Source: an uncultured Clostridia bacterium (GTDB taxonomy: Bacteria > Bacillota > Clostridia > Oscillospirales > Acutalibacteraceae). Taken from it: DNA of 64,000 bases. Of this stretch, positions 37,176 through 47,743 are shown in pieces. The first letter of the stretch is position 1. Each line of letters opens with the position of its first letter. The position numbers and the translations under genes are program-made. The stretch lies in assembly GCA_947644325.1 (NCBI GenBank), contig CANRZD010000001.1, forward strand, positions 6,810-70,809. Direction: 5' to 3'. The notes under the pieces are model-generated. The model made no database searches and was not told where the DNA came from. It saw only the letters and a program-made list of their open reading frames with translations.

Positions 37176-38214
37176 CGCAGAGAAGAACAAAACGGGGATA
37201 TGGGAGCGGTTCCGGCAGGCGTGGCGCAGAAACCCGCTTTTCAGCACGGGCGTGGCGCTTATCGTCATGATCGTGGTGCAGACGCTGGCGCTTACCATGA
37301 ACTCCAGCTTCGCGAGCTTCGGGGACTGGTTCCAGAACTGGCTTTTTAACTGGATCTCCCTGCTCAGGAACAATTCGGCCATCGGCATCATCGCCCTGGG
37401 CATGACCTTCGTCATCATCTCCGGGGGCATCGACCTGTCGGTGGGCTCGGTATACGTGGCGGTGGGCGCCTTCACCATGATGCTGCTGGACACCGGCGCA
37501 AACGGCTGGCTGCAGCATATCGGCCTGACAGGGGCGCCCGCCATCCTCATCGCCCTCATCCTGGCCATGATTTTCGGCGGGGCCCTGGGCGAGTGCAACG
37601 GCCTTTTGATCTCCTACGGCCGCATGCCCCCCTTCATCGCCACCCTGGGCGCCATGCAGATCTTACGCAGCGTCACCCAGTATTTCATGAAGCTGGAAAG
37701 CCCCACCCTGCCCGAGAGCTACAAGGGCATCGCCCGGCTTTCCATCGGCGGGCAGCAGCTGATGCCCATTCTCTACTGGGGCATCCTGGCGGCGGCCATG
37801 TACTTTATCTCCCGGCAGACCACCTTCGGCCGGTATGTTTTCGCCATCGGCTCCAACGAGCGCACCACCCGCCTTTCCGGCGTGAACGTGCGCAAGGTGA
37901 AGCGCCGGGTCTACGCCCTGACGGGCTTTTTGGTAGCCGTGGCCGCCATCATCCAGACCTCCCGCATCGGCTCTATGGACTACGCCAGCGCGGGCTCCGG
38001 CTTTGAGATGGACGCCATCGCGGCGGTCATCGTGGGCGGCACCAGCATGTCGGGCGGCCGGGGCTCTGTTGTGGGCACGGTGTTCGGCACGCTCATCGTG
38101 GCGGTGATGAATAACCTTTTGAACCTCATCGGCGTGGACCCCTACCTGAGCGCCGCCTTCAAGGGCGCCATTATCATTGGCGCGGTGCTGCTGCAGCGCA
38201 AGGACAAGGCCTGA
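37168..38214 (+). CDS. Sugar ABC permease (RbsC-like)
   Basis: GMTFVIISGGIDLSVGS, PPFIATLG, GSNERTTRLSG, MDAIAAVIVGGTS; TTG start. Confidence 0.93.
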   Translation: MDNAEKNKTGIWERFRQAWRRNPLFSTGVALIVMIVVQTLALTMNSSFASFGDWFQNWLFNWISLLRNNSAIGIIALGMTFVIISGGIDLSVGSVYVAVGAFTMMLLDTGANGWLQHIGLTGAPAILIALILAMIFGGALGECNGLLISYGRMPPFIATLGAMQILRSVTQYFMKLESPTLPESYKGIARLSIGGQQLMPILYWGILAAAMYFISRQTTFGRYVFAIGSNERTTRLSGVNVRKVKRRVYALTGFLVAVAAIIQTSRIGSMDYASAGSGFEMDAIAAVIVGGTSMSGGRGSVVGTVFGTLIVAVMNNLLNLIGVDPYLSAAFKGAIIIGAVLLQRKDKA

Positions 38215-38306
38215 GAAGTGTAATCAAAAATGACAGACTTGTAACCCCCATCCCTCCCTTTTTGTGGTATACTGTGTGTAGAAACCATGAAAGGGAGGGA
38301 TCTTCT

Positions 38307-38765
38307 GTGAAGAAAAAATGTGTATGTTGGCTGATGGCAGTCCTTCTGACGCTCTCTGCAGGGTGGGGGGCCGCGGCCAAAGAGCCCCCGCCGCTCAAGC
38401 TGGACAGCGCGGCCGCCGTGGTCCTGCAGTACGGCCGCACCTTCGCGGAGGTGACAGACCCGGCCCAGGTGGCCCGCCTGGGGGAGATGTTCATGTCGCC
38501 CGCCTATGAAAAAGGGGAATCAAACGCCAACTATGTGGGCTGGGAGTACATGGTGAGATGGTACGACGCCTCGGGCCAGGAGATAGAAGTGGTGCAGGTG
38601 AACACCGAAAACCTTATCGCCCATGGCGGGTACTTCTACACCCTGTCTGGCGGGCAGCTGGATTTCCAGTATTTCCGCCGCCTGCTGCTGCCCTCTTACC
38701 TGACCCAGGACCTGCAGAGGGTCATGGAGGCGGTGCGGAATGCGGCTTTGCTGGCAAAGGCATGA
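38307..38765 (+). CDS. Hypothetical secreted protein
   Basis: RBS gggaggg, GTG start, signal peptide ...WGAAA, host-like codon usage. Confidence 0.6.
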   Translation: MKKKCVCWLMAVLLTLSAGWGAAAKEPPPLKLDSAAAVVLQYGRTFAEVTDPAQVARLGEMFMSPAYEKGESNANYVGWEYMVRWYDASGQEIEVVQVNTENLIAHGGYFYTLSGGQLDFQYFRRLLLPSYLTQDLQRVMEAVRNAALLAKA

Positions 38766-38895
38766 AAATTTCACAAAAATAGGCATCTTACCCAATTTCC
38801 AGTTGCAATTTTCCCGCGGACAGGTTATAATCGATATAAGGCTGTAGGCACGCCCCAAAGGGCGGGCAAAAATAAACGCTATGGAGGAGATCGAC

Positions 38896-39762
38896 ATGAG
38901 TTTAGTATCTGCGAAGGAAATGCTGGAAAAGGCAAAGGCCGGCAAGTACGCTGTGGGCCAGTTCAACATCAACAACCTGGAGTGGACCAAGGCCATCCTG
39001 CTCACCGCCCAGGAGTGCAATTCCCCGGTCATACTGGGCGTGTCTGAAGGCGCGGGCAAGTACATGTGCGGTTACAACACCGTGGTAGGCATGGTAAAGG
39101 GCATGATAGAGACCCTGGGCATCACCGTGCCCGTGGCCCTGCACCTGGACCATGGCTCTTACGAGGGCGCCCTCAAGTGCGTCGAGGCCGGGTTCTCGTC
39201 CGTCATGTTCGACGGCTCCCACTATCCCATCGATGAGAACATCGAGAAGACCAAGGAGATTATCCGCATCGCCGGCGAGAAGGGCATCTCCGTAGAAGCC
39301 GAGGTAGGCGCCATCGGCGGCGAGGAAGACGGCGTGGTAGGCGGCGGCGAAGTGGCCGACCCCGACGAGTGCAAGATGATCGCCGACCTGGGCGTGACCA
39401 TGCTGGCCGCCGGCATCGGCAACATCCACGGCGTGTACCCCGAGAACTGGACGGGCCTCAACTTCGACGTGCTGGCCCAGATCCAGGAGAAGACCGGCAC
39501 TATGCCCTTGGTGCTCCACGGCGGCACCGGCATCCCCGAGGAGATGGTGAAGAAGGCCATCACCCTGGGCGTGTCCAAGGTGAACGTCAACACCGAGTGC
39601 CAGCTCTCCTTCGCGGCGGCTACCCGCCAGTACATCGAAGAGGGCAAGGACAGGCAGGGCAAGGGCTTCGACCCCAGAAAGCTGCTGGCCCCCGGCACCG
39701 AGGCCATCAAGGCCACTGTGAAGGAAAAGATGGAGTTGTTCGGTTCCGTTAACAAGGCGTAA
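38896..39762 (+). CDS. fba: Class II fructose-bisphosphate aldolase
   Basis: VGQFNINNLE, LHLDHG, SVMFDGSH, GIGNIHG, LHGGTG, KVNVNT; promoter TTGCAA-N17-TATAAT at 38803-38831. Confidence 0.97.
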   Translation: MSLVSAKEMLEKAKAGKYAVGQFNINNLEWTKAILLTAQECNSPVILGVSEGAGKYMCGYNTVVGMVKGMIETLGITVPVALHLDHGSYEGALKCVEAGFSSVMFDGSHYPIDENIEKTKEIIRIAGEKGISVEAEVGAIGGEEDGVVGGGEVADPDECKMIADLGVTMLAAGIGNIHGVYPENWTGLNFDVLAQIQEKTGTMPLVLHGGTGIPEEMVKKAITLGVSKVNVNTECQLSFAAATRQYIEEGKDRQGKGFDPRKLLAPGTEAIKATVKEKMELFGSVNKA

Positions 39763-39778
39763 TTTCGGAAAGCAGAGG

Positions 39779-39803
39779 TGGCCCGCTTGTGAGCGGGCCA
39801 TTT
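39779..39803 (+). terminator. Intrinsic terminator after fba
   Basis: tggcccgct-tgtg-agcgggcca followed by ttt. Confidence 0.65.
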
Positions 39804-39825
39804 CTAATCAGGAGGGGGAATTTCG

Positions 39826-40410
39826 ATGGATACTATTATCCGCATGGCAAGGCCGGAGGACGCCCCGGCCCTGCTGGCAATATACGCGCCCTATGTAGAG
39901 AAGACCGCCATTACCTTTGAGTACGACGTGCCCAGCGTGGAAGAATTTCGGGGGCGGATAGAGAAGGTTTTGGAAAGGCACCCGTATCTGGCGGCGGAAA
40001 AGGATGGGGAAATTTTGGGCTTTGCCTATGTGCATCCGTTCAGCGATCGGGCCGCCTACGGCTGGGCGGTGGAAACGTCCATCTACATAGCCTGTGACAA
40101 GCAGCGCATGGGCCTGGGCGGCCGGCTGCATGGGGCGCTGGAGGCGGTGCTAAAGGCCCAGGGCTTTCTCAGCATGAACGCCTGCATCGCCGTGCCGGAG
40201 GAGGACGACGAGTATCTCACGCGCAACAGCGTGCAGTTTCACGGGCACTTGGGCTACAGGCTGGTGGGGGAGTTTTATAAAGTAGGCTATAAATTCGGCC
40301 GGTGGTACAACATGGCCTGGATGGAAAAGCACATAGGCCCCCACGGCCCGGACCCCCGGCCACCTATACCCTTTCGGGAGGCCTGGGAAGACATAGGAGG
40401 AATCGTATGA
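39826..40410 (+). CDS. GNAT acetyltransferase (Pat/YncA phosphinothricin-type)
   Basis: IYAPYVEKTAITFE, ETSIY, GYKFGRWYN. Confidence 0.88.
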   Translation: MDTIIRMARPEDAPALLAIYAPYVEKTAITFEYDVPSVEEFRGRIEKVLERHPYLAAEKDGEILGFAYVHPFSDRAAYGWAVETSIYIACDKQRMGLGGRLHGALEAVLKAQGFLSMNACIAVPEEDDEYLTRNSVQFHGHLGYRLVGEFYKVGYKFGRWYNMAWMEKHIGPHGPDPRPPIPFREAWEDIGGIV

Positions 40411-41369
40411 AAATAGAAAAGCTGGAACCGGCGTTCAAGGACTACCTGTGGGGCGGCGTGAAGCTGCGGGAGGTCTACGGGAAGAAGTGCGATTATGAGA
40501 AGGTAGCCGAGAGCTGGGAGCTCTCTACCCACCCGGCGGGGCAGAGCCGCATCGCAGGCGGGGAATTTGACGGCTGGACCCTGGGGGATTATCTAAAGGA
40601 ACTGGGCCCCCGGGCCCTGGGGAAGAACTGTGAGAAGTTCGAAAACTTCCCGGTGCTCATCAAGTTTATCGACGCCAAAGAGCCCCTTTCCATCCAGGTG
40701 CACCCCAGCGACCAGTACGCCCTGGAGGTGGAGAAGGAGTATGGCAAGACGGAAATGTGGTACGTGATGGACTGCGAGCCCGGGGCCTCCCTCTATTTCG
40801 GCGTAAACCGCCAGGTGAGTCGGGAGGAGTTTGCCCAGAGGATACGGGACAATACCCTTTTAGAAGTGCTCAACAAGGTGGACGTGCACCCCGGCGACGT
40901 GTTCTTTATCGAGTCCGGCACCATACACGCCATCGGCGGGGGCATTCTCATCTGCGAGATCCAGCAGAACTCCAACTGCACCTACCGGGTCTACGACTAC
41001 GGCCGCCTTGGCGCCGACGGCAAGCCCCGGGAGCTCCACGTGGAGAAGGCCCTGGCCGTCTCCCGGCTGACGCCCTCTGACACCCGGGACAAGCAGGGGG
41101 CGGAGGAAGAAATACCCGGGGGCCGGGTAAAGCTGCTGGCTTCCTGCAAATACTTTACCACCCGGCGCTATCGGGTGGAGGGCAAGGTGCGCCTGGACCT
41201 TGACGGCGGCAGCTTCCTTTCCCTTCTGTGCACAGAGGGCTCCGGCGCCGTCACGGGCCCGGAGAACGCGGTGGCTTTCGCCCCGGCGGACAGCCTCTTT
41301 GTGCCGGCGGGGGCGGGGGAGGTGGAAATCACGGGGCCCTGTACGGTGGTGGCCACCACTATCGAGTAG
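40407..41369 (+). CDS. manA: Mannose-6-phosphate isomerase class I
   Basis: YLWGG, AESWE, FPVLIKFIDA..LSIQVHP, GKTEMWY, GTIHAI, EIQQNS..TYRVYD. Confidence 0.95.
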   Translation: MKIEKLEPAFKDYLWGGVKLREVYGKKCDYEKVAESWELSTHPAGQSRIAGGEFDGWTLGDYLKELGPRALGKNCEKFENFPVLIKFIDAKEPLSIQVHPSDQYALEVEKEYGKTEMWYVMDCEPGASLYFGVNRQVSREEFAQRIRDNTLLEVLNKVDVHPGDVFFIESGTIHAIGGGILICEIQQNSNCTYRVYDYGRLGADGKPRELHVEKALAVSRLTPSDTRDKQGAEEEIPGGRVKLLASCKYFTTRRYRVEGKVRLDLDGGSFLSLLCTEGSGAVTGPENAVAFAPADSLFVPAGAGEVEITGPCTVVATTIE

Positions 41370-41430
41370 CCTTGTTTTTTTCGCCCCGGTGTGCTATAAT
41401 ATTCTGTAAACTAACCATAGGGAGGACAAC

Positions 41431-43074
41431 ATGGCCAGCAAACTGTGTATGAACTGCTTTGCCAGCTACCGCCCCGACGTGGACGGCAGCCTCTGCCCAG
41501 AGTGCGCCTGGGATAACAGCCAGCCCCAAGTGCCGGAGGGCCTGCCGCTGCAGACGGTATTGGCCTCCCGGTATGTGGTGGGGCGGGTGCGCTCTGCAAA
41601 CGGCGAGGGCGTCACCTACATGGCCCTGGACCGCGCCACCCAGAGGACGGTGGCCCTGCGGGAGTTCTTCCCCCGGCCCCTTTCCTCCCGGAAGCCGGAC
41701 CAGAGCATCGCCCCCCATAAAGAGGACCAGGGCGTTTTTGATAAATATGCCGACGAGTTCTTAGAGCTCTCCAAGGGCGTCAGCCGCCTGCGGGAGCTTT
41801 CGGTGATGGAGTCGGTCTTAGATATCTTCGAAGAAAACAACACGGTGTACACGGTGTACCGGTATACGCCCACGGTGTCATTGCGCAGCTTTATAGAAAA
41901 CAACGGGCGTTTAGGCTGGAACGAAGTAAACCGCATGTTTATGCCCGTGCTCACGGCTTTGGGGCTCATCCACTCTCTGGGCATCTCCCACCTGGGCATT
42001 TCGCCTGACACCCTGCGGGTCACAAAGGAGCGCAATTTGGTACTTACGGGCTTTTGCATCAACGCCGCCCGGCGGGCGGGCACGCCCATCCAGCCGGACC
42101 TGGACCCGGGGTGCGCGGCCATCGAGCAGTACAGCGCAAAGGCCCTCTGCGGCGAGGGTAGCGACGTGTACGCCCTGGCAGCCTGTATGCTCTTTGCCCT
42201 TACGGGCCGCACGCCAAAAGAATCCACCCGGCGCATCGACGACCCCCGGCTGCTCATCTCCAAGGAGGTCTTAAAGACCTTGCCGCCCTTTGCGGTGACG
42301 GCCATCGCCAACGCCCTGCAGGTGAAGCAGGGCCAGCGCACCGGCAGCTTCGAGCGCTTCCGCAGCGAGCTTTCGGCGGCCCCTGCCCTGGTGGAGGAAA
42401 TCGACCAGACCGACGCCATCCGCCGCCTGCCCCCCATCAACATGAGCCTGCCCCAGAACCGGGGCCTGCCCCCGGTGGTGTGGCTCATTGGCTCCTGCGT
42501 GGTGACGCTCATCGCCCTGTTCATCGTGGCCTCCTCCTGGCTGGGGGACAGGGGCATGTCCTTTAACGACCTGGGCCAGCTTTTCGACGGGTCCGGGGCA
42601 GGCCAGTCGGTGGTAGAGGTGCCCAACATGCTCAATCAGAGCTATGAGGAGTGGGAGAAGAAGATCGCCGACGGCGAGATAGAGCTGCAGCTGAAGATTT
42701 CTTCCCGGTCCTTCAGCACCACCATTGAGGAGGGCAATATCATCAGCCAGAGCCCCTTTGCCGGGGAGACCGTGCAGCCCGGCGGCACCGTGGTGGTCAC
42801 GGTGAGCAAGGGCTCTGCCACCCGGGTGCTGCCGGAGACAAAGGGCGTCAGCTTCGCCGAGCTGCAGGACCTGCTGACCAAAAACGGCTTCACCCCCGTG
42901 CGGGAGGAGGAGCCCAGCGACGACATCAGCCCCGGCTACGTGATACGCTACGTAGACCACGAGGCGGGGGACTCTATGGACTACGGCTCCACCATCACCG
43001 TGGTGGTGAGCTCGGGCCCGCCCACAGAGCCCCCGGCGGAGAGCGGGGACGCGCCTCCCGCCCCGGAAGAATAG
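41431..43074 (+). CDS. Zn-ribbon + degenerate Ser/Thr kinase-like domain + TM + 2 PASTA (pseudokinase)
   Basis: CMNC..CPEC; kinase scaffold RYVVGRV, SDVYALAAC; PASTA VEVPNML..IISQSPFAG and VLPETKG; promoter TTGTTT-N17-TATAAT at 41372-41400. Confidence 0.85.
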   Translation: MASKLCMNCFASYRPDVDGSLCPECAWDNSQPQVPEGLPLQTVLASRYVVGRVRSANGEGVTYMALDRATQRTVALREFFPRPLSSRKPDQSIAPHKEDQGVFDKYADEFLELSKGVSRLRELSVMESVLDIFEENNTVYTVYRYTPTVSLRSFIENNGRLGWNEVNRMFMPVLTALGLIHSLGISHLGISPDTLRVTKERNLVLTGFCINAARRAGTPIQPDLDPGCAAIEQYSAKALCGEGSDVYALAACMLFALTGRTPKESTRRIDDPRLLISKEVLKTLPPFAVTAIANALQVKQGQRTGSFERFRSELSAAPALVEEIDQTDAIRRLPPINMSLPQNRGLPPVVWLIGSCVVTLIALFIVASSWLGDRGMSFNDLGQLFDGSGAGQSVVEVPNMLNQSYEEWEKKIADGEIELQLKISSRSFSTTIEEGNIISQSPFAGETVQPGGTVVVTVSKGSATRVLPETKGVSFAELQDLLTKNGFTPVREEEPSDDISPGYVIRYVDHEAGDSMDYGSTITVVVSSGPPTEPPAESGDAPPAPEE

Positions 43075-43082
43075 CGCTTTTT

Positions 43083-43119
43083 GACGGCCGTCAGGGGTCT
43101 TCCCGGCGGCCGTCTTTTC
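43083..43119. terminator. Bidirectional intrinsic terminator
   Basis: gacggccgtc...ggcggccgtc followed by tttt, between convergent genes. Confidence 0.65.
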
Positions 43120-44206
43120 CTGCAATGAGCAAAAACGCCGCGCACAACAGCAGCAGCGACAGCCCCCCCGCCGCCGTGCCGGAGAAGGGCTGCACCCTCT
43201 GCCCGGCCACAGGGGCCAGGGCCGCATGGGCCCCCTCTGGCAGCAGGGCCCCCAGCACATGGCAGCACCCGGCCGCCAGCAGCCCGTGCACGAGCCGGCC
43301 TAAAAAGAACCAGCGCTTTTTTAAGGGGAAATCGTCAAACATGGCAAAGACCTGCAAATGCACGCACAGCCCCCCAAAAGCCAGCCCGAAGGCGGTGAGG
43401 TCAACCCCGGCCCGCAGCTGGGCGGCATCGCCCACGCCGCCGGTGACCTCTAACAGATAGGACAGGGCCGCGGCGGTCTCCGGGGGCGTAAGGGGCCCCA
43501 GACGGGAGAAAACCCGCACCGCCCCCTGGAAGGCCCCGGTGGCGTGGAGAAGGGCCGTCACAGCCGAGAAGCCCACGATGCAGGCGCACATGATGAGCAC
43601 GCTGTGGGCCGCCCCAGAGACGGAGCGTATGAGCGCCCCGCCTTCTTTTTTAGGGGGGAAGGCCCTCTTTCGGGGCACCGGGCAGGGCAGGGCGCACAGA
43701 AGGCCCAGAAGCACCCCCGAGAGGGTCACCGAGAAGAACAAGAGCCACCCCAGCCGGTAGCTGCCCAGCACCCCGCCCCCCACATAGGTGACCACAAAGG
43801 CCGTGCCCGGGTTCACGCAGAAGAGCATCATGCGGGCGGCCTCCTGCCGGGTGACGCGGCCCTGCTCCAGTAAGAGGGAGACAGACCGGGCCCCGGCGGG
43901 GTACCCGCCCAGAAAGCTCGTGAGCAGGGACGCCCCGCAGCAGCCGGGCAGCCGGAAGCCCCACCGGGCCAAGGGGCCCAAGGGGGCCCCCAGCACGTCC
44001 CCGGCGGGGGAGAGCACCGTAAAGCAGCTGAGGGCCATAAAGGGGAACAAAGAGGGCACCAGGGCCGTCAGGCAGTAGAGGATGCTCTGGCGCACGTGGT
44101 CCTTCACTAAGTCGGGGAAGGACAGAAGGGCATAGGTAAAAAGGATCACCCCCGCCGCCGTGAGGATGCCCGGCACCCGCCGGGCCGCTCTCTGTATCCA
44201 CTCCAT
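43091..44206 (-). CDS. ylbJ: Sporulation integral membrane protein YlbJ-like
   Basis: LVPSLFPF, LGGYPAGA, FCVNPG, LEVTGG, FGGLCVHLQ. Confidence 0.8.
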   Translation of the reverse strand: MEWIQRAARRVPGILTAAGVILFTYALLSFPDLVKDHVRQSILYCLTALVPSLFPFMALSCFTVLSPAGDVLGAPLGPLARWGFRLPGCCGASLLTSFLGGYPAGARSVSLLLEQGRVTRQEAARMMLFCVNPGTAFVVTYVGGGVLGSYRLGWLLFFSVTLSGVLLGLLCALPCPVPRKRAFPPKKEGGALIRSVSGAAHSVLIMCACIVGFSAVTALLHATGAFQGAVRVFSRLGPLTPPETAAALSYLLEVTGGVGDAAQLRAGVDLTAFGLAFGGLCVHLQVFAMFDDFPLKKRWFFLGRLVHGLLAAGCCHVLGALLPEGAHAALAPVAGQRVQPFSGTAAGGLSLLLLCAAFLLIAGKDGRREDP

Positions 44207-44239
44207 GGCCTTCGCCCCTTTCTCCGGTCCTGTCCCTAC

Positions 44240-44287
44240 AGGATATGGGGAAAGGTGGGGATACATGCCACCTCCCCCACATATTTA
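44240..44287. promoter_or_regulatory. Back-to-back sigma-E-like promoters for ylbJ and yqfC-yqfD
   Basis: Plus ATA-N16-CATATTTA (44261-44287); minus ATG-N16-CATATCCT (44266-44240). Confidence 0.55.
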
Positions 44288-44315
44288 TAGGCAGACGAAA
44301 ACGGGAGGGAAGCCT

Positions 44316-44537
44316 ATGGAACAGGGAAAAGGCGGGGCGCTCATCACCCTTACGGGGAACCGCTCGGCGGTGGTGGACGGCTGCGACGGCATCATCGACT
44401 ACGACGAGGAGAAGATACTCTTAAAGGCGGGGCGGCTCACGGTGCGCTTTTGCGGCCGGGGCCTGGCCCTGCGCCGCCTGACGGAAAACGCGGCGGTCAT
44501 AGAGGGGTTCATCTCCCAGGTGGAGTACAACTGCTGA
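44316..44537 (+). CDS. yqfC: YabP/YqfC family sporulation protein
   Basis: ITLTGNRSAVVDGCDGIIDYDEEKI..GLAL..AVIEGFISQVEY; not in the ORF track from this start, RBS gggaggg. Confidence 0.8.
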   Translation: MEQGKGGALITLTGNRSAVVDGCDGIIDYDEEKILLKAGRLTVRFCGRGLALRRLTENAAVIEGFISQVEYNC

Positions 44538-44550
44538 GAGGGGGGCGGGT

Positions 44551-45750
44551 ATGCTGGAGAAGCTTTTCCATCTGCTTTCGGGCTACGCCGAGTTCACCGT
44601 TACCGGCGACAGCGCCCGGTTTTTCAATATGACCGCCAAAAGCCGGGTGGGCCTGTGGGGCTATGGCCGCAGAGACGGCGTTGCCACCGCCCGGGTAAAG
44701 GCCCGGGAATATAAAAAGCTCTACCCCATAGGCAGGCGCAGCGGGGCCCGGCTGCGGGTGGTGCGAAAGCGGGGGGCCCCCTTCGTGCTGGCGCGCCTGG
44801 AAAGGCGCAAGGGCCTTCTGCTGGGGGCCCTGTGCGGGGCGGCCCTGTATGTGTTCCTGTCAGGCTTTTTGTGGGGGGTGAAGGTAGAGGGGGCCTGCCT
44901 TCTGCCCGATTCCCTTATCCTGGACCGGGCCGCCCAGTGCGGGCTGTACACGGGCAGCCCCCTTAGCACCTTGAACCCCCGGGGGGCGGCCCACAGCCTG
45001 CTGACTGAGCTTTCCGGGCTCAGCTGGGTGGGGGTGAACACCGACGGCTGTTTTGCGGAGATCCACGTGAAAGAGGCCCAGCCCCAGCCCGAGCCCGAGG
45101 AGCGGGAACAGTGGTCCAATATTGTTGCCAGCCGGGAGGGTAAGGTCGTCGCCATAGAGGCCGAAAGCGGCCGGCCCGAGGTGGCCCTGGGGGAGGCCGT
45201 GGAGCGGGGGCAGCTGCTGATATCGGGCCTATACGAGGAGGAGCAGGAGCCCTGGACCGAGCCCCTGCCCCACCCGTACCAGTCTGTGGGCCCGGCCCGG
45301 GGCTCTGTCACCGCCGAGACCTACCGGACCTTCACCGTGCAGGTGAGTAGTGAAAAGAAGGAGTGGGTGGAGACAGGCGAAATAGAGAGCAGCTGTTCTT
45401 TGTACCTATTGGGCCTGCGCATCCCCCTGGGCCTGCCCCTGGGGGCGGGGGAGGGCCGGTTTTATGAGGAGCGGGAGGCTCTGACCGTCCTGAGCACAGA
45501 GCTGCCCGTGGCCCTGGAGAAAAAGGCCCGGGTCCTGTGGCAGGAGCGGGCGCGCACCCTCTCTGAGGAGGAGCTGCGCACCCAGGCGCTCTTAAAGCTC
45601 AGGGCGGCCCAGCGGGCGGAGATCGCCCCCGGGGGGAAGGTGGTGGCGGAGGAACTGAACTTCTGCTTCCCAGAGGGCGGGTGTATTCTGGAGGCCCGGT
45701 GCACCTGCCGGGAGGAGATCGGGGTGGTCCAGGAGGTTTTGGTGGAATAG
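44551..45750 (+). CDS. yqfD: Stage IV sporulation protein YqfD
   Basis: RKRGAPF, FLWGVKVEG, WVGVNTDG, NIVASREG..G.PEV..GEAV..GQLLISG. Confidence 0.88.
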   Translation: MLEKLFHLLSGYAEFTVTGDSARFFNMTAKSRVGLWGYGRRDGVATARVKAREYKKLYPIGRRSGARLRVVRKRGAPFVLARLERRKGLLLGALCGAALYVFLSGFLWGVKVEGACLLPDSLILDRAAQCGLYTGSPLSTLNPRGAAHSLLTELSGLSWVGVNTDGCFAEIHVKEAQPQPEPEEREQWSNIVASREGKVVAIEAESGRPEVALGEAVERGQLLISGLYEEEQEPWTEPLPHPYQSVGPARGSVTAETYRTFTVQVSSEKKEWVETGEIESSCSLYLLGLRIPLGLPLGAGEGRFYEEREALTVLSTELPVALEKKARVLWQERARTLSEEELRTQALLKLRAAQRAEIAPGGKVVAEELNFCFPEGGCILEARCTCREEIGVVQEVLVE

Positions 45751-45863
45751 CATGGGGATAGGGAAAAATTTTGTGTAGTTTTCATAGGATTTTCTCTTGA
45801 ACATCTGTTTTCTGCTGTGTTATAATAAAGAGACAGAATGTGTGAAAAACAAGGAGAAAATCA

Positions 45864-46823
<960 letters not shown>

Positions 46824-46847
46824 AAAACGGAGAAAGGACGAGTCACA

Positions 46848-47345
46848 ATGGAGAAGATCAAGGTCATCATTTCCAACCGCCAGAAGCAAGTGAAGATCCC
46901 CACCGGGGTGCGGATGCTCATCCGCCGGTGCTGCCACGCGGTGCTGCAGCTGGAAAATTTCCCCGTTCCCGCCGAGAACAGCGTCTCCTTTGTGGACAAC
47001 GACCAGATACGGGAAATGAACCGCCAGTACCGGGACAAGGACGCGGTCACCGACGTGCTCTCTTTCCCCATGGGGGAGGACGGGCACTATGACGTAAACC
47101 ACGAGACCGGGGCGAAGATTTTAGGGGACATCGTGCTCTCGGTGCCCCGGGCCATGGAGCAGGCAAAGCTCTACGGCCACTCTTTAGAGCGGGAGATCGG
47201 GTACCTGACGGCCCACTCCATGCTGCACCTTTTGGGCTATGACCACGAAAACGGGGGCCTTCAGCGGGTGCGTATGCGGGAAAAGGAGGAGCTTGTCATG
47301 AGCCAGCTGGGCCTGCCCGCCAGCAGCAGCTACACCGATGCATAA
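46848..47345 (+). CDS. ybeY: rRNA maturation RNase YbeY
   Basis: [26 protein letters not shown]. Confidence 0.95.
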   Translation: MEKIKVIISNRQKQVKIPTGVRMLIRRCCHAVLQLENFPVPAENSVSFVDNDQIREMNRQYRDKDAVTDVLSFPMGEDGHYDVNHETGAKILGDIVLSVPRAMEQAKLYGHSLEREIGYLTAHSMLHLLGYDHENGGLQRVRMREKEELVMSQLGLPASSSYTDA

Positions 47346-47721
47346 GCGGCGGCTGTGGGAGAGCTTCCGGGACGCGGGGCGGGGCGTATGGCGCTGCCTG
47401 CAGACTGAGCGCAACATGCGGGTGCACCTGGGGGCCGCCATAATCGTCATAGCGGCCGGGGCCCTGTGCGGGGTGAGCCCGGCGGAGTGGGCCTGCCTGC
47501 TGCTTGCCGTGGGCCTGGTGACAGCCGCCGAGGCCATGAACACAGCCGTAGAGCGCCTGTGTGACTTCGTGAAGGCGGAGCAGGACCCGAAGATCGGCGT
47601 GATAAAGGACATAGCGGCGGGGGCGGTGCTTCTCAGCGCCCTGTTCGCGGCGGCGGTGGGGGCGGTGGTCTTCTTCCCGGCGGTTGCCCGCGGGGTAGGG
47701 GCCCTGCAGCGCATGATATAA
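47338..47721 (+). CDS. dgkA: Undecaprenol/diacylglycerol kinase
   Basis: ERNMRVH, AEAMNTAVERLCD, IKDIAAGAVL. Confidence 0.92.
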   Translation: MHKRRLWESFRDAGRGVWRCLQTERNMRVHLGAAIIVIAAGALCGVSPAEWACLLLAVGLVTAAEAMNTAVERLCDFVKAEQDPKIGVIKDIAAGAVLLSALFAAAVGAVVFFPAVARGVGALQRMI

Positions 47722-47743
47722 AATAAAAGGACGGTTTGATAAA

